64,000 nt of DNA, from positions 119,301 to 183,300 of the forward strand of contig WARW01000001.1 in the NCBI GenBank assembly GCA_013387215.1, in the 5' to 3' direction. Source of the DNA: Patescibacteria group bacterium. GTDB taxonomy: Bacteria > Patescibacteriota > Microgenomatia > UBA12405. The translations under genes were made by a program, and so were the position numbers. Shown here piece after piece: positions 60,089 through 64,000 of the stretch (position 1 is its first letter; each line of letters begins with the position of its first letter). The notes under the pieces were generated by a model. That model was not told where the DNA came from and did no database searches. It was given only the letters and a program-made list of their open reading frames with translations.

Positions 60089-60697
60089 ATGAAAAAAATC
60101 TTAATAATTGCTTTGATTGTTGCAGTTCTCTTGTTGTTTTTATCTTTCAAATTGAATAATGTTGTGGCTCCGATTGCTGACATGACAAAACAACTTAAAC
60201 CAGGACCAATGGTTATTATTCCTGACCCGCTTGTAATTGCCAAAGAAATCCAGCATCTAGCCAAACTTGAAACTGCTTCCCTTTATCTCACCAGAACTCT
60301 TCGTGTCGAAAAAGACAATAACCGTTTATGGGGAATTTTTGGAGAAAGATTAATCTTTGTGGCTAATGGGGAAGTAACGGCTGGAGTTGATTTGAGTCAA
60401 CTTCAAGAAAACCAAATACAAGTTATTGATCAAACTACTATTTATATTCAATTGCCCGAAGCTGAAATTTTCACTGTTTCGCTTGATAATAACAATTCTT
60501 ATATTGCCAGCCGGGAAAAAGGAATATTAGCCGTCTCTGATTCTCAATTGGAAACAAGAACTCGAAGAAGAGCTCAACAAGAAATCGAAAAAGCAGCACT
60601 TGAATCAAATCTTTTGGACACTGCCAATCAAAGTGCCCAGGATGACATCAGGAGTCTTTTAAAAAAACTTGGTTTTGTAAATATTAAATTCATCTAA
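60089..60697 (+). CDS. DUF4230 domain protein
   Basis: IQ.LAKLET, G.VTAGVDLS, LP.AEI, A...A...I..LL..LGF. Confidence 0.85.
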   Translation: MKKILIIALIVAVLLLFLSFKLNNVVAPIADMTKQLKPGPMVIIPDPLVIAKEIQHLAKLETASLYLTRTLRVEKDNNRLWGIFGERLIFVANGEVTAGVDLSQLQENQIQVIDQTTIYIQLPEAEIFTVSLDNNNSYIASREKGILAVSDSQLETRTRRRAQQEIEKAALESNLLDTANQSAQDDIRSLLKKLGFVNIKFI

Positions 60698-60727
60698 AAA
60701 AAACAACCTTTCCGCAATTACTAAACC

Positions 60728-60771
60728 GCCTGGAATTAGTAGAAATTTTCTACAACTATTCCAGGCTTTTT
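60728..60771 (+). terminator. Compound terminator
   Basis: GCCTGGAAT...GTAGAAA/TTTCTAC...ATTCCAGGC + T5. Confidence 0.8.
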
Positions 60772-61246
60772 AATTTCTTTTATCTAAAATTTTCTTTACA
60801 TCTTCTCTGACCACAGCATAATCTTTTTTGGTAACCAAAGAAATTTCTTGGCATAAGTGTTCCAAAATTTGTTCCACCAAATTTGCATCATTTTTATTCA
60901 ATGTCAGAATATTTTTCCAATAAAAGATTAAAACCGACACCATTCTTTGAGGATTATTGGAGTAAAATTCCTCTTTTGCTCGAATAATATCGTATTCATC
61001 TTCACTGGTTTTGCTTTTTAAATCTTTTAAAATCTGGGCGATTTCTCCAGTCGTAAGCACTTTTCTGATACCAGACAGCTTAAAATTTTTTAAAGGTATT
61101 GACGCTGTAAACACCTTATCTGTTCCACTGGTAGGTTCATAGTAAACATACATTGCGCCATTATCTTCATCTTCTTTTACAGCTGTTACCTTGTAAATAT
61201 AAGAGGAATCAATAATATAGTCTCCCGCTGCTAACTCAAAGTTCAT
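60770..61246 (-). CDS. CarD-like transcription factor (divergent)
   Basis: 'GDYI...I.KV...IPL...SGIRKVLT' and 'L.QEISLV' pattern. Confidence 0.65.
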   Translation of the reverse strand: MNFELAAGDYIIDSSYIYKVTAVKEDEDNGAMYVYYEPTSGTDKVFTASIPLKNFKLSGIRKVLTTGEIAQILKDLKSKTSEDEYDIIRAKEEFYSNNPQRMVSVLIFYWKNILTLNKNDANLVEQILEHLCQEISLVTKKDYAVVREDVKKILDKRN

Positions 61247-61373
61247 AATTTTCCTTGGTAAATTCTTAACGATAGCTAAAGCCACTAAATCTATCTTTAT
61301 TAATAAAATTATACCAAAATTCGAAGTTTCTAACCAGCTGCAGCTTAACGTTTTATAATTATATTAAAATTTA

Positions 61374-62168
61374 TTATCTATTTTTCAGCTTTAATTCTCT
61401 CAAATGCCAAACAGCCATTCCCAAAAATGCCAGCGATAAAATTAATGCTGGCAGCCATCCGCCAGTCTCTGGATTTGTACCAAAATACGGTTTAATTATA
61501 TCTGCCAATGCTAGAGAAAAAATTTCAATAAATCCTAAAATAAAAATAATTGGAGCCAGTACAATTCCAATTCCCTTGTTTTTAATCATCTTAAAAGAAA
61601 TTATTAAAAATGCCGGCATAATAAAACAAAGATCAAGAATATATATTGAATACAGAAATTCAATTTTTATACCCTGCGTAACCAATGGAATTAATTGGCT
61701 TATCCACAGGGGAATAAAAACTAACGGCTGAAGTATAGCCAAAACTACTGAAAAATTGCGGGTGATTTTTGGTATCTCAATATTATCAATTTGATCTTTA
61801 TCAATATTTTGAACTGCCGAAAAGATAGACCAAAATGACAAAGAAAAAATAGCCATATAGATAAAATATAAAGGATTGTAGACCCGTTCTATTACATAAA
61901 TTCCATATCCATAAAAAAAGTATCCCAAAATTCCCAAAATAATAATCTGTTTTTTAAAATCATTATTTTTCAGTCTATAAATCAAAACCAATGCTGTTAC
62001 AGAGGCAATAATGGTTAACAAATCAGGTGTAAACACAGCTGGCATTAAATTAGGGCTGACAACTTTTTGATATATATTCATATCAAAAACTCCGATTATT
62101 CCAGCAATCAAAGCCAAAATAGAACAGGTAACCCATAAGGTTTTATTAAATTTCAACTGATTAATCAT
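61374..62168 (-). CDS. Polytopic membrane protein
   Basis: About 8 TM segments. Confidence 0.7.
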   Translation of the reverse strand: MINQLKFNKTLWVTCSILALIAGIIGVFDMNIYQKVVSPNLMPAVFTPDLLTIIASVTALVLIYRLKNNDFKKQIIILGILGYFFYGYGIYVIERVYNPLYFIYMAIFSLSFWSIFSAVQNIDKDQIDNIEIPKITRNFSVVLAILQPLVFIPLWISQLIPLVTQGIKIEFLYSIYILDLCFIMPAFLIISFKMIKNKGIGIVLAPIIFILGFIEIFSLALADIIKPYFGTNPETGGWLPALILSLAFLGMAVWHLRELKLKNR

Positions 62169-62308
62169 TTGACTAAATTATAATTCACTTTGTTTTAAAA
62201 CAATAATCTATTTTATTTGACTATGCCTTACTTTAGGCTTATAATTTACTATTATCTATTCTTAACCTCTCCCTTTAGAAGTGTTTAGATATTTTCTGGT
62301 CAAAATTT

Positions 62309-63580
62309 ATGAACATCAAAAATATTCTTCTTTTTATTCCTCGAAAAATTCGTCAATTTATAAATTGGTATCTTCACACTAATTGGGTTAAGCGAATTGC
62401 TGTTTCCCTAGCTGTCATTTTTGCCATTATTATTCTGAAAAATATTTTCTTTTCCAATAAAAAAGCCAAATATACTTTTGATACTGTCCAAAAAGGCGAT
62501 ATTACCCAACTTGTCACTGAAAATGGCAATGTTCTTTCTGGAAATCAGACCGACATTTATTCCCCATCGACTGGTGTTTTAGACACTCTTTATGTCAAGA
62601 ATGGTGACACAGTTAAAAAAGGCGATAAATTATTTACTGTTCGTTCTACTGCTACTGTCCAAGAGCAGACTGCTTCTTTAGCTAGTTTTCAACAAGCTTC
62701 TTCAAATTTCGATAGCGCTAACAATAATTTACGCGCTGCTCAAGCTAGCCTTGAACATACTTTAGATGATATTCATCTTTTTCAATATGGCAACGGTGGC
62801 TTTTCTAATGTTGGTTCTGCTAATGAAACTGAAGCCCAAAAAGATGCCCGCACTCGTGCTCAAACAGCTGTCGACACTGCTCAAAGTGCTGTTACTGCTG
62901 CTTCTGCTTCAAGAACTTCCGCTTTATTAGCCTATCAAGCCACTCAAAATGCGGTTGTTACTGCTCCAACAAATGGTACTATTCAAAATATTATTGGTCT
63001 TCCTGGTTCTAAAATAATTGCTCAGCTCAACAGCACCACTGCTGCTCAATCAACTCAAACTGGTGCTGCTACTCCAGTTTTGATTATTGGAGACAATAAA
63101 AATCAGGCCATAAAAACTGCCGTTTCTGAAGTTGATATCAATAAAATTGCTCTAAATCAAAAAGTCGATATTGTTTTTAGTGCTATCCCTAATAAAACCT
63201 ATACTGGCCACGTCATTCAAACCGATTTTTCTGGCACCGATACTCAAGGAGTTATTACTTATAACGTCTTTATTGCTATCGATAATCCAGACGAAAACAT
63301 AAAACAAAACATGAGCACTAGTTTAACTATTAATACTGCCGCTCGTCAAAATGTGGAAACTGTCGCCAATGCTGCCATTGTTCCATACCAAAGTGGCAAA
63401 GCTGTTCAAATTCTTGATACTAAAGGAAAATTAACTTTTGTGCCAGTTGTTATTGGTCTTAGAGGTTTCACTCGTTCTGAAATAATCAGTGGTGTTTCTG
63501 AAGGCACCAAAGTAGTTCTTGGTAACACTCAATTAACCAATAATCAAAGCGGTGGTCCAGGAGGTGGCCCGCTTGATTAA
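62309..63580 (+). CDS. Efflux periplasmic adaptor (MacA/HlyD family)
   Basis: VKNGDTVKKGD, VTAPTNGTI, VSEVDI, GLRG..EI.SG. Confidence 0.9.
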   Translation: MNIKNILLFIPRKIRQFINWYLHTNWVKRIAVSLAVIFAIIILKNIFFSNKKAKYTFDTVQKGDITQLVTENGNVLSGNQTDIYSPSTGVLDTLYVKNGDTVKKGDKLFTVRSTATVQEQTASLASFQQASSNFDSANNNLRAAQASLEHTLDDIHLFQYGNGGFSNVGSANETEAQKDARTRAQTAVDTAQSAVTAASASRTSALLAYQATQNAVVTAPTNGTIQNIIGLPGSKIIAQLNSTTAAQSTQTGAATPVLIIGDNKNQAIKTAVSEVDINKIALNQKVDIVFSAIPNKTYTGHVIQTDFSGTDTQGVITYNVFIAIDNPDENIKQNMSTSLTINTAARQNVETVANAAIVPYQSGKAVQILDTKGKLTFVPVVIGLRGFTRSEIISGVSEGTKVVLGNTQLTNNQSGGPGGGPLD

Positions 63581-63585
63581 TTACC

Positions 63586-64000
63586 ATGAAAAATAAAACT
63601 GCACCCTTAATTAGTCTCCAAAATATTGTCAAAGAATATCAGACTGGTGATACTGTTTTTCAAGCTTTAAAAGGCATTAATCTTGATATTTATCAAGGCG
63701 AATTTGTGGCCATTATGGGTCCTTCAGGCAGCGGCAAATCGACTACTATGCATATTATTGGAGCCTTAGATGTTCCCACAAGCGGCACTTATCTTCTCAA
63801 TAATACCAATGTTACTCGTTATACTGAAGATCAGTTGGCCGAGATTCGTAACAAAGAAATAGGTTTCGTTTTTCAATCTTTCAATTTATTGCCTCGCACT
63901 ACTGTTCTCAAAAATGTCGAACGTCCCATGATGTATGGCAATGTTCCAGTTGAAGATCGTGAACCCAGAGCCATGGAAATGTTGAAATTAGTTAATTTGG
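63586..64000 (+). CDS. MacB/LolD-type ABC ATPase, 5' part (runs off window)
   Basis: Manual translation: ALKGINL..GEFVAIMGPSGSGKST...IGFVFQSFNLLPR. Confidence 0.93.
   Translation, partial: MKNKTAPLISLQNIVKEYQTGDTVFQALKGINLDIYQGEFVAIMGPSGSGKSTTMHIIGALDVPTSGTYLLNNTNVTRYTEDQLAEIRNKEIGFVFQSFNLLPRTTVLKNVERPMMYGNVPVEDREPRAMEMLKLVNL

Noticed and set aside
1-64000. CRISPR array or cas genes
   Set aside because: No regularly spaced repeat-spacer series or Cas motifs seen

Overview
AT-rich bacterial chromosome segment whose gene content and style fit a Patescibacteria/CPR (Microgenomates-like) genome; the taxonomy is inferred, not searched. 1-21.5 kb is housekeeping: tsaD fragment, TsaC-TsaE fusion, valS, rplY, trpS, Xer-like recombinase, VirB4/TraG-like ATPase, polyprenyl synthase, dnaG, rpoD, and three tRNAs including a rare tRNA-Ile(UAU). 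From tRNA-Asn (21.5 kb) to about 46 kb lies a tandem array of at least three islands. Each starts with a serine recombinase (two full-length, one remnant) whose 3' end runs across a shared GGGGAGC junction. Cargo is a zinc-ribbon/M48 membrane operon and several defence-like genes (split Schlafen pair, HEPN, PD-(D/E)XK, DUF5677 trio, MTase + DUF262-HNH, membrane-anchored Mrr and HNH-RecQ). 46-64 kb holds accessory genes. The most striking unexplained pattern is that up to six accessory transcription units share an rRNA-operon-like architecture: promoter, 5' hairpin, boxA-like motif, a leader arm complementary to a trailer arm just after the stop codon, an SD sequence and a long compound terminator. 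Several core genes, in contrast, look leaderless. All calls were made by eye; no databases or folding programs were run.
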